DNA from: Prochlorococcus sp. MIT 0801
GTDB taxonomy: Bacteria; Cyanobacteriota; Cyanobacteriia; PCC-6307; Cyanobiaceae
NCBI RefSeq assembly: GCF_000757865.1
Contig: NZ_CP007754.1
Location: 450,001 to 482,000 of the forward strand
Length of the DNA stretch: 32,000 bases
Reading direction: 5' to 3'
Shown here in pieces: positions 17,141-27,074 of this stretch. Both the position numbers and the translations under genes were made by a program. Within the stretch, counting starts at the first letter, position 1. Each line of letters opens with the position of its first letter. The notes beneath the pieces were generated by a model. The model saw only the letters and a list, made by a program, of their open reading frames with translations. It was not told the DNA's origin and made no database searches.

Positions 17141-18777
17141 CTGATTGCCTCCTGAGTCTCATTTGAATCTTTTTTTCCATAACCATAAGGTTCAAGAACG
17201 AGTGGTGCCTCTCCGTCCCAATTTTCAACAGGAGGAGGAGAACTTGTTAACCACTCAGGAGTTAGTGCATTCCAAGGGTTATCACCAGCTTCTTCACCGT
17301 ATAGGGTGCTTTGAAGAATATTCCAGAGGAAAGGTAAAGTACTTAAAGCCATTAATAATGCACCTACACTACTTATTTGATTGATTAACTGAAATTGTGG
17401 ATCGTATTCGGCAACTCGTCGAGGCATTCCGTTTAAACCTAGCCAATGTTGAGGAGCAAAACAAAGATTAAAGCCTATAAAAGTAATAATAAAGTGAAAT
17501 CTTCCAAGATTTTCATTGAGCATTTTTCCAGTAAATTTTGGGAACCAGTGATAAATCGAGGAGAAGATAACAAAGACAGAACCGCCATACACTATGTAAT
17601 GAAAATGAGCAACAACAAAATAAGTGTCGTGTACATGAACATCAAAAGGTACTTGCGCTAAGGCAACTCCCGTTATTCCACCTAAAACAAAGTTAATAAT
17701 AAATCCGCAGGAAAATAACATTGCAGCATTAAGTGATATTTTTCCTCCCCATAAGGTGGCAACCCAATTAAAAAATTTAATACCTGTGGGAACAGCGATG
17801 AATGCAGTAGCGATTGTGAAAAATAAGCGCATCCAAGGAGGAGTACCGCTTGTAAACATATGATGAGCCCAAACAACTAGACCCAATACAACTATTCCCA
17901 TAATTGAGAAGACCATTGTTGTATAGCCAAAAAGTGGTTTTCTGCTATGGATTGGAAGTATTTCACTGACTAAACCAAAGGCAGGTAAGACCATGATATA
18001 AACAGCAGGATGCGAGTAAAACCAAAAAAGATGTTGATAAACGATTACATTCCCACCAAGACTTGGGTTAAAGAAACCGGTATGAGCAACTATGTCAAAG
18101 CTCAGAAGTATTAGAGTACCTGCGAGAACAGGAGTTGAAAGAACTACAAGAATACTCGTGCCAAGCATTGCCCAGCAATACATAGGCAATTGCATTAATT
18201 TAAGACCAGGTCTTCTTAGCTTGAGAATGGTGGCGATGAAATTAATGCCACCAAAAATTGAGCTCCCACCCAAGAGCAATACACTTAATATCCAAATGAT
18301 TTGCCCAGCGGCTGGAGTCGTAATGCTTAAAGGTGGGTAAGCTGTCCAACCAGATTGTGCGGCTCCGTTTATGAAATAACTTGTTATCAACATTAAGCCA
18401 GAGGGAGGTATTAGCCAAAAAGCAACTGCATTCAGCCTTGGAAAAGCCATGTCTCTAGCCCCAACATAAAAGGGTATTAAATAGTTTCCAAAGGCACCAT
18501 TTACTACAGGCACGATCCATAAGAAAATCATGATTGTGCCGTGGAGAGTTAAAACCTGGTTGTAAACCTCTCTAGGCATAAAATCTGAGAGGGGACTGAT
18601 GAGTTCTACTCTTATTGCTCCAGCTAAAGATCCTCCAATTAAATAAAACAAGAAACCACAAACTAAATATTGAAGTCCTATGACTTTGTGATCAAGACTA
18701 AAACTCAGATATTTCAGCCATCCAGTTGGTTGAAGTTTTTCTGGAGATGAGTTGTTTGGTTTGAGTGAAATAGTCAT
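17137..18777 (-). CDS. ctaD: cytochrome c oxidase subunit I
   Basis: 546-aa ORF. Heme-copper oxidase motifs 'LFWFYSHPAVYIMVLPAFG', 'WAHHMFTSG' and 'HDTYFVVAHFHY'. Confidence 0.97.
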   Translation of the reverse strand: MTISLKPNNSSPEKLQPTGWLKYLSFSLDHKVIGLQYLVCGFLFYLIGGSLAGAIRVELISPLSDFMPREVYNQVLTLHGTIMIFLWIVPVVNGAFGNYLIPFYVGARDMAFPRLNAVAFWLIPPSGLMLITSYFINGAAQSGWTAYPPLSITTPAAGQIIWILSVLLLGGSSIFGGINFIATILKLRRPGLKLMQLPMYCWAMLGTSILVVLSTPVLAGTLILLSFDIVAHTGFFNPSLGGNVIVYQHLFWFYSHPAVYIMVLPAFGLVSEILPIHSRKPLFGYTTMVFSIMGIVVLGLVVWAHHMFTSGTPPWMRLFFTIATAFIAVPTGIKFFNWVATLWGGKISLNAAMLFSCGFIINFVLGGITGVALAQVPFDVHVHDTYFVVAHFHYIVYGGSVFVIFSSIYHWFPKFTGKMLNENLGRFHFIITFIGFNLCFAPQHWLGLNGMPRRVAEYDPQFQLINQISSVGALLMALSTLPFLWNILQSTLYGEEAGDNPWNALTPEWLTSSPPPVENWDGEAPLVLEPYGYGKKDSNETQEAIR

Positions 18778-18781
18778 GAAC

Positions 18782-19594
18782 TTATATTGATTCTTTAGAG
18801 TTTTCTTTTAACCAAGTATCAAAGTCTTCTTGTTCATCAACTATTACGTTTGATCTCATCCCACCATGATAAGGACCACACAATTCTGCGCAAACAATTG
18901 GAAAATTACCTGCTTTTGTAGGAGTGAAATTTAAAATAGTTGGTTGGCCAGGAATGACATCTTGTTTAAGTCTGAATTGAGGCACCCAAAAAGCATGTAT
19001 TACATCTTTAGATTCCATTTTTAAACTAACTTCTCTTCCAACAGGAACATGAAGTTCGCCCGAAATAATATCTCCTTTTGGATAATGAAAGATAAAAGCA
19101 AATTGCATTGCAGTTAACTCAATAGGTAATGATAATGAATTTTTTTCAGATGAAGACTCAATTGGACCAGACCCAATCCCTCCCCAAACTCTCTCGGCCT
19201 GATTATCCATTTGTCCACTGTGATCATGCATTAAAGGTTGCATACCACCCATTCGATCATAAATATCGTAGCTATATAAACCTACAAATAAAACAACAAT
19301 TGCAGGAACTGCTGTCCAGAAAATTTCGAGAGAAATATTACCCTCTAAGTCAATGCCATCTCCACTTTCTCCAGGTCTACGACGAAATTGGATAAGACTA
19401 TAAATTACTAAAGCAGTCATACCTATGAAAAGTATGAGGCCAATAATGAACAGGACTCGATATAGTTCATCGTAAACAGGGGCATTCATGCTCGCGCTCA
19501 CGGGAAGCATATCTACGTTGTACGCAACCCAAACTCCAGCTATTCCAAGAATTAAACTTGTTGTAAGAGTTAAGATGGCCGACAGTTTCGGCAA
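18782..19594 (-). CDS. ctaC: cytochrome c oxidase subunit II
   Basis: 270-aa ORF. Two N-terminal TM helices; CuA site 'DVIHAFWVPQF' and 'CAELCGPYHGGM'. TTG start as given by the track. Confidence 0.93.
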   Translation of the reverse strand: MPKLSAILTLTTSLILGIAGVWVAYNVDMLPVSASMNAPVYDELYRVLFIIGLILFIGMTALVIYSLIQFRRRPGESGDGIDLEGNISLEIFWTAVPAIVVLFVGLYSYDIYDRMGGMQPLMHDHSGQMDNQAERVWGGIGSGPIESSSEKNSLSLPIELTAMQFAFIFHYPKGDIISGELHVPVGREVSLKMESKDVIHAFWVPQFRLKQDVIPGQPTILNFTPTKAGNFPIVCAELCGPYHGGMRSNVIVDEQEDFDTWLKENSKESI

Positions 19595-19777
19595 GAAGAT
19601 CTCCTTTTCTATCTATAGGTTATGGGCAAAAGTAATTAATGTATCGGCTAATTGTTAATTCAAGATGAATAATTTTTTTTAAAGAGAATCTTTATGTTCC
19701 AGTCAGTTTATTCAGGTGACGTGTAAGAAGTAATCGCTACGTTGAGTAAACAATGATCTTGATGGATTTTTGCATAC

Positions 19778-20704
19778 GTGCAGGTTATTTATCCACCCAA
19801 GCCACTCTTTAGATTGGGCCAGCTTGCTGCTCACGTGGTAGTTGCACTTATCGCTCTTGTAGTGATAGGAGGAGCAACCAGAGTTATGGAGGCTGGTCTC
19901 GCTTGCCCAGACTGGCCCCTTTGCTACGGATCGTTTTTGCCTGGTAGGCAAATGAATTTACAAGTCTTCTTGGAATGGTTTCATCGCTTAGATGCCTTCT
20001 TCGTAGGGATTGTATTAATTACACAATTTGCTTTCTCTTTGTACTGGGCAAAAACTTTACCTAAATGGCTTCCTTGGATCTATGGATTCTTGACTCTTTT
20101 GGTTTCTCTGCAGGGTTTTTTAGGTGCTTTGACAGTACTGCAATTATTACCATCTTTAGTCGTCATGGCTCATCTTGTAGTTGCATTTACTCTTGTTGCC
20201 ATTATGAGTGGTGTGACTCAACAATTACTTAATCCAGGTCAATCAATTTTTCCAACTTGGCTTCGTTGTTTTGGATTTTTATCCCTTTTTGCAGTGATAG
20301 CTCAGTCTTTAATAGGTAGTCGGGTGGCGACCTCGTGGGCCGCTCAAAGATGCTTGGATTTTGGAGAGTCTTGCAATCTTTTAGGACTTCATCGAGTAAG
20401 TGCTATCCCAGTCAGCTTATTGTTGATTTTATTTGTAATTTTTTCATCTTTACAGAGAGATGTTTTTATTAAGCAATGGCCCTACCTTTTAACGATTATT
20501 TTTTTGATCATTTCACAAATCCTTTTAGGAGCTTTTTCTATTCATCTAAGGATGAGTGAGCCTAGCCTTATAATTGGTCATCAACTAATTGCCTGTTTGT
20601 TAGTTGCCGTAATAGCAGCCTTAAATTTTAAAGGTAGAGGAAATGATGACTCTTCCCAATCACTTTATATAAATCAATCAACATTGGAGACATGTCATGG
20701 TTAG
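19778..20704 (+). CDS. ctaA: heme A synthase (COX15/CtaA)
   Basis: 308-aa polytopic ORF. '[18 protein letters not shown]' and His-containing helices ('EWFHRLDA', '[10 protein letters not shown]'). GTG start. Divergent from ctaCDE. Confidence 0.85.
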   Translation: MQVIYPPKPLFRLGQLAAHVVVALIALVVIGGATRVMEAGLACPDWPLCYGSFLPGRQMNLQVFLEWFHRLDAFFVGIVLITQFAFSLYWAKTLPKWLPWIYGFLTLLVSLQGFLGALTVLQLLPSLVVMAHLVVAFTLVAIMSGVTQQLLNPGQSIFPTWLRCFGFLSLFAVIAQSLIGSRVATSWAAQRCLDFGESCNLLGLHRVSAIPVSLLLILFVIFSSLQRDVFIKQWPYLLTIIFLIISQILLGAFSIHLRMSEPSLIIGHQLIACLLVAVIAALNFKGRGNDDSSQSLYINQSTLETCHG

Positions 20705-21692
20705 CTCTACATCAGAATTAATTACACAGCCCGTTAATCGTGAGGAAGTAGTTCCTTCTAGAAAGCGTATTAAACTGCCAGCTTGGCTAGAAGTCGTCAA
20801 ACCAAGATTAATTCCTCTTTTACTTGCAACAACTGTTGGAGGAATGGCTCTTTCTGAGGAATGGCCATTACCCTCTCCAAGATTGGCATGCACTTTAGGA
20901 GGAGGAGCCCTTGCCGCTGCGGCTGCAGGAGCTCTTAATTGCTTATGGGAACAAGATCTTGATAAGCGAATGAAACGAACCAGTAATAGAGCATTACCTT
21001 CTGGTCGCCTTTCTCAGTCTTCTGTTTTTATTGGAGCAGTTGCTTGTACACTTGTTTCTTCAGCCCTTTTAGTAAGTGGAGTGAACTGTTTAGCAGCGGG
21101 ACTTACTCTTTTAGGACTTTGTAGTTACGTACTTCTCTATACAGCTTTCTTAAAACCTAGAACGTCTCAAAATATAGTTTTTGGAGGTGTCGCTGGAGCA
21201 ATTCCCCCTCTTGTAGGGGCTTCAGCAGCGGCAGGACATATTGGATTAGGTGGTTGGTGGCTATTCTCTTTGGTTATGGTGTGGACCCCAGCACATTTTT
21301 GGGCTTTGGCCATCTTGTTGAAAGAGGACTATCGATCTGTTGGCATTCCTATGCTTCCTACAGTAAGTGGACCTTTTGTTACAGCTAAGGCTATCTCTGT
21401 GTATGGCTATCTAACTGTATTTTTAAGCTTTTTAGGGTGCTTCGTTTTACCTGAAGGAGGTTTGTTATACGGAATTTTATTGCTACCTTATAATTCAAGA
21501 CTTCTTCAATTGGTTTCCAGATTAAGAGATAATCCTGAAGATTTAGATCGTGCGAAGGGTTTATTTCGATGGTCTATTCTTTACATGTTTGGAGTTTGTT
21601 TTTTGCTGGTTATTAGTAGATTACAAGTTTCAATTGTTTTTAATGATCAGTTGATAGCTTTAATTAAAGACTTCTCTATCGGATTTTCGTAA
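20697..21692 (+). CDS. ctaB: protoheme IX farnesyltransferase (heme O synthase)
   Basis: 331-aa UbiA-family ORF. '[23 protein letters not shown]' and '[10 protein letters not shown]'. It overlaps ctaA by 8 nt. Confidence 0.9.
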   Translation: MVSSTSELITQPVNREEVVPSRKRIKLPAWLEVVKPRLIPLLLATTVGGMALSEEWPLPSPRLACTLGGGALAAAAAGALNCLWEQDLDKRMKRTSNRALPSGRLSQSSVFIGAVACTLVSSALLVSGVNCLAAGLTLLGLCSYVLLYTAFLKPRTSQNIVFGGVAGAIPPLVGASAAAGHIGLGGWWLFSLVMVWTPAHFWALAILLKEDYRSVGIPMLPTVSGPFVTAKAISVYGYLTVFLSFLGCFVLPEGGLLYGILLLPYNSRLLQLVSRLRDNPEDLDRAKGLFRWSILYMFGVCFLLVISRLQVSIVFNDQLIALIKDFSIGFS

Positions 21693-21793
21693 ATCTATAA
21701 AATAAAAATAAAAACTTTATGAACTTGCTCTCCAAAATTAATTAGAATTTGTTAGAAGATATCAGCTTATCTTTTTAGGCAATTTATTCCTAG

Positions 21794-22807
21794 ATGTTTT
21801 TCATCAAACTTAGAGATTTATTTAAGTCTTATGGCCCTGTTATGGCTCTAAATGGACTTAACCTTGAAGTCCCTAAAGGTTCTTTGTATGGATTGTTGGG
21901 GCCAAACGGGGCAGGTAAAAGCACTGCACTTAGAATTATCTGTACTCTCCTTTCACCTGATTCTGGTCATGTTGAGGTTGGGGGACATAATGTCTTGTTT
22001 GAGGAAAAAGAAACCAGACGAAGATTGGGTTATGTAGCTCAAGATGTCGCGATCGATAAAATACTTACAGGTAGAGAGTTGTTACAGCTTCAAGGAGATC
22101 TCTATCATCTTGATAAAAAATATAAGAAAAAGAGAATTGAAGAATTGATAGAGAGACTGGATATGCATGAATGGATTGATAGACGATGTGGTTCTTTTTC
22201 GGGAGGTATGAAAAGAAGACTTGACCTCTCCTCAGGATTGTTGCATGAACCAGAATTATTGATTCTTGATGAACCTACTGTTGGGTTGGACATAGAAAGT
22301 CGATCAGTTATTTGGGGATTATTGAAGGAACTAAGAAATAAACAAACTACAATTCTTTTAAGTAGTCATTATCTTGAGGAAGTAGATGAATTAGCAGATG
22401 AGATGGCTATTATTGATAAAGGAAAAGTCATTGCTAGTGGAAAGCCAGATGATTTAAAAAAAGAACTTGGTGGAGATAGAGTGACACTTAGGGTGCGAGA
22501 GTTTAGTGATGAAGTAGAAGCTGAATCTGTAAAGAAATTAATTAAAAATATAAATGGGGTGTCAAATGTAGTGGTGAATCAAACGCAAGGATATTCTCTA
22601 AATTTTTTAGTGCAAAGTAATGATGTTATATCTAATTTGTCGGGTCATCTTTCAAAAGAAAATTTCGAAGTCTTTGCTCTTTCTCACAGTAGGCCAAGTT
22701 TAGATGATGTTTATCTGCAGGCGACAGGAAAAACGCTTATGGACGCTGAATTAGAACTTGCTGGTAAAAGAGATTTTAAGCTTGAGAATAAGAAATCGAT
22801 GCGTTAA
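21794..22807 (+). CDS. ABC-2-type exporter ATP-binding protein (DrrA/NatA-like) with a C-terminal extension
   Basis: Walker A 'GPNGAGKST', signature 'FSGGMKRRL', Walker B 'LLILDEPT', H-loop 'SSHYLEE'. About 100 aa follow the nucleotide-binding domain. Confidence 0.9.
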   Translation: MFFIKLRDLFKSYGPVMALNGLNLEVPKGSLYGLLGPNGAGKSTALRIICTLLSPDSGHVEVGGHNVLFEEKETRRRLGYVAQDVAIDKILTGRELLQLQGDLYHLDKKYKKKRIEELIERLDMHEWIDRRCGSFSGGMKRRLDLSSGLLHEPELLILDEPTVGLDIESRSVIWGLLKELRNKQTTILLSSHYLEEVDELADEMAIIDKGKVIASGKPDDLKKELGGDRVTLRVREFSDEVEAESVKKLIKNINGVSNVVVNQTQGYSLNFLVQSNDVISNLSGHLSKENFEVFALSHSRPSLDDVYLQATGKTLMDAELELAGKRDFKLENKKSMR

Positions 22808-22838
22808 TTAACTGTATTATTCCTGAACTATTAAACAC

Positions 22839-23693
22839 ATGATTACTACTAACCCATCACTTCAGAAGGAAAAGCAATCTAGAAATGATTTGAATGAAAT
22901 GTCTCAGGAGATTTCTGCTTTGACTTGGAGGCTTTTCATTCAATTAATTCGACGACCCTCAACGTTATTTGCAGGGATTCTTCAGCCTTTGATATGGCTT
23001 TTACTTTTTGCAGCCTTATTCTCTAAGGCTCCTATTGATTTTTTGCCAGGGAGCAGTAGCTATGGAGAATTCCTTGGTGCAGGATTAATAGTCTTTACTG
23101 CTTTTAGTGGTGCTCTTAATGCTGGTCTCCCTTTGATGTTTGATAGAGAATTTGGTTTTCTAAATCGACTATTAGTTGCACCATTGAGTAGTAGAAGTTC
23201 AATAGTAATTTCGTCAGTAATCTATATAACTTCTATTAGCCTTTTGCAGAGTTTTGCAATAATGGCAACTTCTGCTCTCTTGGGTTATGGATGGCCAAGT
23301 CTGGGAGGTTTTCTTCTCATAGCAATAACCTTATTGTTATTGGTATTTGCAATAACTGGCCTAAGTCTTGGGTTAGCCTTTGTTTTACCAGGACATATAG
23401 AACTAATTGCAATTATCTTCATAGCTAATCTGCCTGTCCTTTTTGCTAGTACAGCCCTAGCCCCCATATCTTTTATGCCTGAATGGCTTGGATGGATAGC
23501 ATCAATTAATCCATTAACATTTGCGATTGAACCTATTCGAATGGCTTACCACAGTTCTGTCGATCTGACAGCAATTTTAATTGATGCTCCTTATGGAGAA
23601 GTGAATGGATATTCTTGTTTAGCAATTCTATTAATTCTTACAGTTGGAATGTTTTTTCTTATCAGACCTCTTTTAAATCGCAAACTTGCTTGA
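22839..23693 (+). CDS. ABC-2-type transporter permease
   Basis: 284-aa ORF with about 6 hydrophobic segments, directly downstream of the ABC-2 ATPase. This is the typical ABC-2 membrane protein layout. Confidence 0.85.
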   Translation: MITTNPSLQKEKQSRNDLNEMSQEISALTWRLFIQLIRRPSTLFAGILQPLIWLLLFAALFSKAPIDFLPGSSSYGEFLGAGLIVFTAFSGALNAGLPLMFDREFGFLNRLLVAPLSSRSSIVISSVIYITSISLLQSFAIMATSALLGYGWPSLGGFLLIAITLLLLVFAITGLSLGLAFVLPGHIELIAIIFIANLPVLFASTALAPISFMPEWLGWIASINPLTFAIEPIRMAYHSSVDLTAILIDAPYGEVNGYSCLAILLILTVGMFFLIRPLLNRKLA

Positions 23694-23722
23694 TAATCTT
23701 AATTTAGCGATTTAAAAGAGCC

Positions 23723-24199
23723 TTGGAGTCTAGAAAGTATCAACTACAAAAACAAATTATAGAAGCTCTCAAGGCTAACGATAATGATTTATATTCTCTC
23801 CTGAAATCTCAATGGGCTCATCGTTTTGGAGTAGATAGTTTGGAAGAACTGAAAAGCCTAGATTTAGAACAGTTAAATCAAAACCCAAATAATGTAGATA
23901 GTCAAAAAATTGATCAATCAAAAGAAAATTCTTTCGAGGGTAAAAAAGAAACTTCTATCAAAGACGATGATAATCAGTCAAAAGAAATAATAAACAAAGA
24001 GGTTGATGAGTCAGTTAAGGATGAGAATGATAAATCTTTTACAATTACTTCTTATTCAATAGCTGACAAAAAATATGATGAAGATAAAACTATAAACTCA
24101 TACAAAGACACTAATAGTAATCCTGAAATTAAAGCTTTAATTCCTTTACCTCCTAAACCTAAATATAGTTATCTAAAGAAGTGGTTGTTGAGAAAATAA
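23723..24199 (+). CDS. hypothetical protein with an acidic/Lys-rich low-complexity centre
   Basis: 158-aa ORF with a TTG start. Ordered-looking N-terminus 'LKSQWAHRFGVDSLEELKSLDLEQL' and C-terminus 'LIPLPPKPKYSYLKKWLL'. The purine-rich coding strand is consistent with real coding. No family recognised. Confidence 0.5.
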   Translation: MESRKYQLQKQIIEALKANDNDLYSLLKSQWAHRFGVDSLEELKSLDLEQLNQNPNNVDSQKIDQSKENSFEGKKETSIKDDDNQSKEIINKEVDESVKDENDKSFTITSYSIADKKYDEDKTINSYKDTNSNPEIKALIPLPPKPKYSYLKKWLLRK

Positions 24200-24204
24200 G
24201 TTCT

Positions 24205-24224
24205 AAATTAGTTTTTACTAATTT
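24205..24224. terminator. possible bidirectional terminator hairpin between convergent genes
   Basis: AAATTAGT-TTTT-ACTAATTT perfect 8-bp stem, with T-runs nearby on both strands. It lies in the 68-bp gap between the 23723..24199 ORF and groEL2. The stem is almost all A/T, so it is thermodynamically weak. Confidence 0.3.
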
Positions 24225-24267
24225 CAAATTTTTTAATTTGAGATTGTAGATATTTTTATTTTTTTAC

Positions 24268-25959
24268 TTACATCATTCCAGGCATTCCCATTCCGCCCAT
24301 TCCGCCCATTCCACCCATTCCACCCATTCCACCCATTCCGCCCATTCCGCCCATTGGGTCTCCACCTTCAGCCCCTGGAGCTGATGGGGGCTCAGGTTTG
24401 TCAGCAATAACAACTTCAGTAGTTATGAGCAGTGAGGCAATTGATACAGCATCTTGAAGAGCAAGTCGTATTACTTTTGAAGCATCTAAGATTCCTGCTT
24501 CAAGCAAATCCTCGTACTCTCCAGTTTGTGCATTGAAGCCTTTGCCTAAACGCTTGATATCTGACACAACAACATCTCCGTTAAATCCAGCATTTATCGC
24601 TATCTGTTTTGTTGGAGCAGTCAATGCTCTTTTTATGATTTCAACTCCAGTCTTTTGATCACCCTCTAGCTTTTTAGCTAAATCTCCAAGCCCTTCACTG
24701 AGTTCTAAAAGAGTCGTTCCACCACCTGCAACAATACCTTCTTCAATGGCTGCACGCGTTGCATTCAGAGCATCCTCAATTCTGAGTTTTCTGTTCTTTA
24801 ACTCAGTTTCAGTTGGAGCTCCGACTTTAATTACAGCTACACCCCCAGCAAGTTTAGCTATTCTCTCATTTAACTTCTCTTGATCGTACTCAGAATCTGT
24901 TTCGTCAAGTTCTCTCTTGATTGATGCAATGCGATTAGATAATTCGGTGTTTTGATTCTCATTTGCGACAATTGTTGTACTGTCTTTTGTAATTGTGACT
25001 CTTCTTGCTTTACCTAGGTCAGAAACTTGAACTTTCTCAAGACTCATTGCTTTGTCTTCGCTTATTAGTGTGCCGCCAGTTAGTACTGCAATATCTCCAA
25101 GAGCAGCTTTTCGTCTCTCGCCAAATGATGGAGCTCTAACAGCTGCTACCTGTAAAACCCCTCGATTTTTATTTACTACTAATGTTGCTAATGCTTCGCC
25201 CTCTACTTCTTCTGCAAGAATTATTAAAGGTGTTCCATTTTTCTGTACTGTTTCTAGAACAGGAATGAGATCGGTAATTGATGAAATCTTTTTGTCAGTA
25301 ATTAGGATTGAAGGATTTTCAAATTCGCAAATCAATCGATCTTCATCTGTAACGAAATAAGGAGAGCTATAACCTCTGTCAAATGCCATTCCCTCCGTGA
25401 TATCTAATTCAGTGGCGAGTGATTTGGATTCCTCAACTGTTATTACTCCATCAAAACTTACCTTGTCTATTGCATCTGCAATCATTGAACCTATTTCCGC
25501 GTCTCCACCGGCGCTTACTGTGGCAACTTGTTTAATAGCATCGCCACTTACTGATTTGCTTTTTTTCTTTAGATCATCAACTATTTGACCCACAGCTTTT
25601 TCCATTCCCCTTCTTAATTCGATTGGGCTAGCTCCCGCGGCGGTGTTCCTCAAACCTTCTTGAACCATAAATTGAGCTAAAACTGTTGCAGTAGTTGTTC
25701 CATCCCCAGCTTTTTCCTTCGTTTTAGATGCAACTTGTTCGATGAGCTTTGCGCCTATATTTTCAAATGGATCTTCAAGATCTATTTCTTTAGCAATAGT
25801 TACTCCATCATTGACTATATCTGGTGCTCCAAATTTTTTCTCAATAACAACATTTCTGCCCTTAGGCCCGATTGTAACTTTTAGAGCGTTGGCTAAGTTG
25901 TTTACTCCTTTTTCGAGAGCACCGCGAGAATCGTCTGAAAAACTGAGAAGTTTTGCCAT
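24268..25959 (-). CDS. groEL: chaperonin GroEL (60 kDa), groES-less second copy type
   Basis: 563-aa ORF. '[13 protein letters not shown]', '[15 protein letters not shown]' and '[15 protein letters not shown]' motifs, plus a (GGM)n C-terminal tail. No groES ORF is adjacent. Confidence 0.97.
   Translation of the reverse strand: MAKLLSFSDDSRGALEKGVNNLANALKVTIGPKGRNVVIEKKFGAPDIVNDGVTIAKEIDLEDPFENIGAKLIEQVASKTKEKAGDGTTTATVLAQFMVQEGLRNTAAGASPIELRRGMEKAVGQIVDDLKKKSKSVSGDAIKQVATVSAGGDAEIGSMIADAIDKVSFDGVITVEESKSLATELDITEGMAFDRGYSSPYFVTDEDRLICEFENPSILITDKKISSITDLIPVLETVQKNGTPLIILAEEVEGEALATLVVNKNRGVLQVAAVRAPSFGERRKAALGDIAVLTGGTLISEDKAMSLEKVQVSDLGKARRVTITKDSTTIVANENQNTELSNRIASIKRELDETDSEYDQEKLNERIAKLAGGVAVIKVGAPTETELKNRKLRIEDALNATRAAIEEGIVAGGGTTLLELSEGLGDLAKKLEGDQKTGVEIIKRALTAPTKQIAINAGFNGDVVVSDIKRLGKGFNAQTGEYEDLLEAGILDASKVIRLALQDAVSIASLLITTEVVIADKPEPPSAPGAEGGDPMGGMGGMGGMGGMGGMGGMGGMGMPGMM
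24289..24354. repeat. 9-bp tandem repeat encoding the GroEL GGM tail
   Basis: Seven consecutive 'cattccRcc' units, which read M-G-G on the minus strand. It lies inside the groEL 3' end. Confidence 0.9.
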
Positions 25960-26087
25960 ATCTGATTTGAATTAAACTTAATCTCCCACAGGAAACACAC
26001 ATTAGGGGAGGCTAAATAAGTGGGGAAAGCCGAATTGTAATTCATAAATTATTCCCAATTTTTGCAGAAGGTAGTTAGTGTCAACGT

Positions 26088-26264
26088 ATGAACGATCCAG
26101 GGGCTTTATTTTTTATTCTCATGGCCGGGTTGGCAGGGACCATGACTTTGATTTATTTCCCTTTGAGGATATTTCTTACAGCTACAGCAAGAAGCAGAAG
26201 ATTAAAACTATTGCAGAGAATTAGAAGATTGCGAGATGAATTAGGACAGCCTCTTGAAAATTAA
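26088..26264 (+). CDS. hypothetical small membrane protein (58 aa, below the ORF-track cutoff)
   Basis: Hand translation: MNDPGALFFILMAGLAGTMTLIYFPLRIFLTATARSRRLKLLQRIRRLRDELGQPLEN. ATG start, one hydrophobic helix, then an Arg-rich amphipathic tail. Composition is core-like rather than island-like. Divergent from groEL2. Confidence 0.5.
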   Translation: MNDPGALFFILMAGLAGTMTLIYFPLRIFLTATARSRRLKLLQRIRRLRDELGQPLEN

Positions 26265-26751
26265 TATCTGCTCAACTCATGAGTTAATGTTCACGATTGC
26301 ACATGTATAAATAATCAATTAGAGGAAGGGATCTGCGCCGTTTTTTTTTTTTTGTGGTTGCTTTTGCGACGAGGATAAAGGATTTGAGCAAAAAATAGAT
26401 GGAGGACGTTCTGGTTGAATTTGCCGTTTAATACACTTGAGTTATTACAGGTAAGCAAACAAAAGAATAAAAAACGGAAATTTTGCGATTTCAAGTCAAG
26501 AACAAGCGATAGTAAAAAAGTTGATTATCTTTTTTGCTAGATCTCAAAGAAATGGAAGATCGGTCAAAAATTATTTTGTCCATAATGATCAAGCCAAGCA
26601 CATGGCAAGAATGTTTAATTTGGCTTTAGAAGTTGGTAATGAGGAAATATCAAAAAATTACTCGTTGCCGCGGGCCTTCAGGCAATAAATAATTCAAAAC
26701 GCCGTTTATCTAGATCAACTATTGGAGGTTATTTAAAATCAAGAGCCGTTC

Positions 26752-26991
26752 TTGGTGAATGGCAGCCTCAAAGTGACGGCGGTAAAAACCAGAGCACTCT
26801 CTTTTAAAAGTGTTTGGCCACTATTAATCGAGCATGAATTATGGAAGCTTTTCAACAAAAAAGAAAAAGCAGATTTAGAAATCAAGATTACGGCGCTCCA
26901 CTTATTCCAAAGATTCTTAACTTATTTAGAGGTTAAATATTTTGCGATTGCTGTAACTCCAAATTCAACCCTGCTCAAAATCGCAGATTGA
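26752..26991 (+). CDS. hypothetical ORF, possibly the last fragment of a decayed gene
   Basis: 79-aa ORF with a TTG start only and no recognisable family. Its frame overlaps the end of an upstream open frame (26643-26807), as expected for a frameshifted gene. Confidence 0.25.
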   Translation: MVNGSLKVTAVKTRALSFKSVWPLLIEHELWKLFNKKEKADLEIKITALHLFQRFLTYLEVKYFAIAVTPNSTLLKIAD

Positions 26992-27074
26992 AAAAATGGA
27001 GAGTAAAGCGATTATCAATATCTCTAATGCAGTTCTGGGTTCCGTGGTGCTGTTGAGATCTAAACAATCAATAA

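Noticed and set aside
17145-19395. Plus-strand ORFs 17145..17384, 17446..17661, 18092..18340 and 19129..19395, and minus-strand 17682..17876, within ctaD/ctaC.
   Set aside because: They are embedded in highly conserved oxidase genes and have no independent support.
19712-19951. 79-aa minus-strand ORF spanning the ctaC-ctaA intergenic region and the ctaA start.
   Set aside because: It overlaps the well-supported ctaA N-terminus and has no recognisable features. It is probably spurious.
24289-24354. I considered whether the regular 9-bp tandem repeat was a CRISPR-like or microsatellite element.
   Set aside because: It is in frame within groEL and encodes the standard GGM C-terminal tail, so it is not an independent element.
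25052-25975. Plus-strand ORFs 25052..25360, 25397..25588 and 25742..25975, antisense to groEL.
   Set aside because: They are Ser/Thr/Ala-rich mirror frames of groEL, a typical antisense artefact.
25960-26087. I looked for a CIRCE operator (TTAGCACTC-N9-GAGTGCTAA) upstream of groEL2.
   Set aside because: No match or near-match is visible on either strand, so no HrcA operator is called.
26274-26285. 12-bp perfect palindrome AACTCATGAGTT, 10 nt after the stop of the 58-aa ORF.
   Set aside because: It has no loop and no T-run, so it is not a terminator. Short palindromes like this occur by chance, and there is no second copy to suggest an operator.
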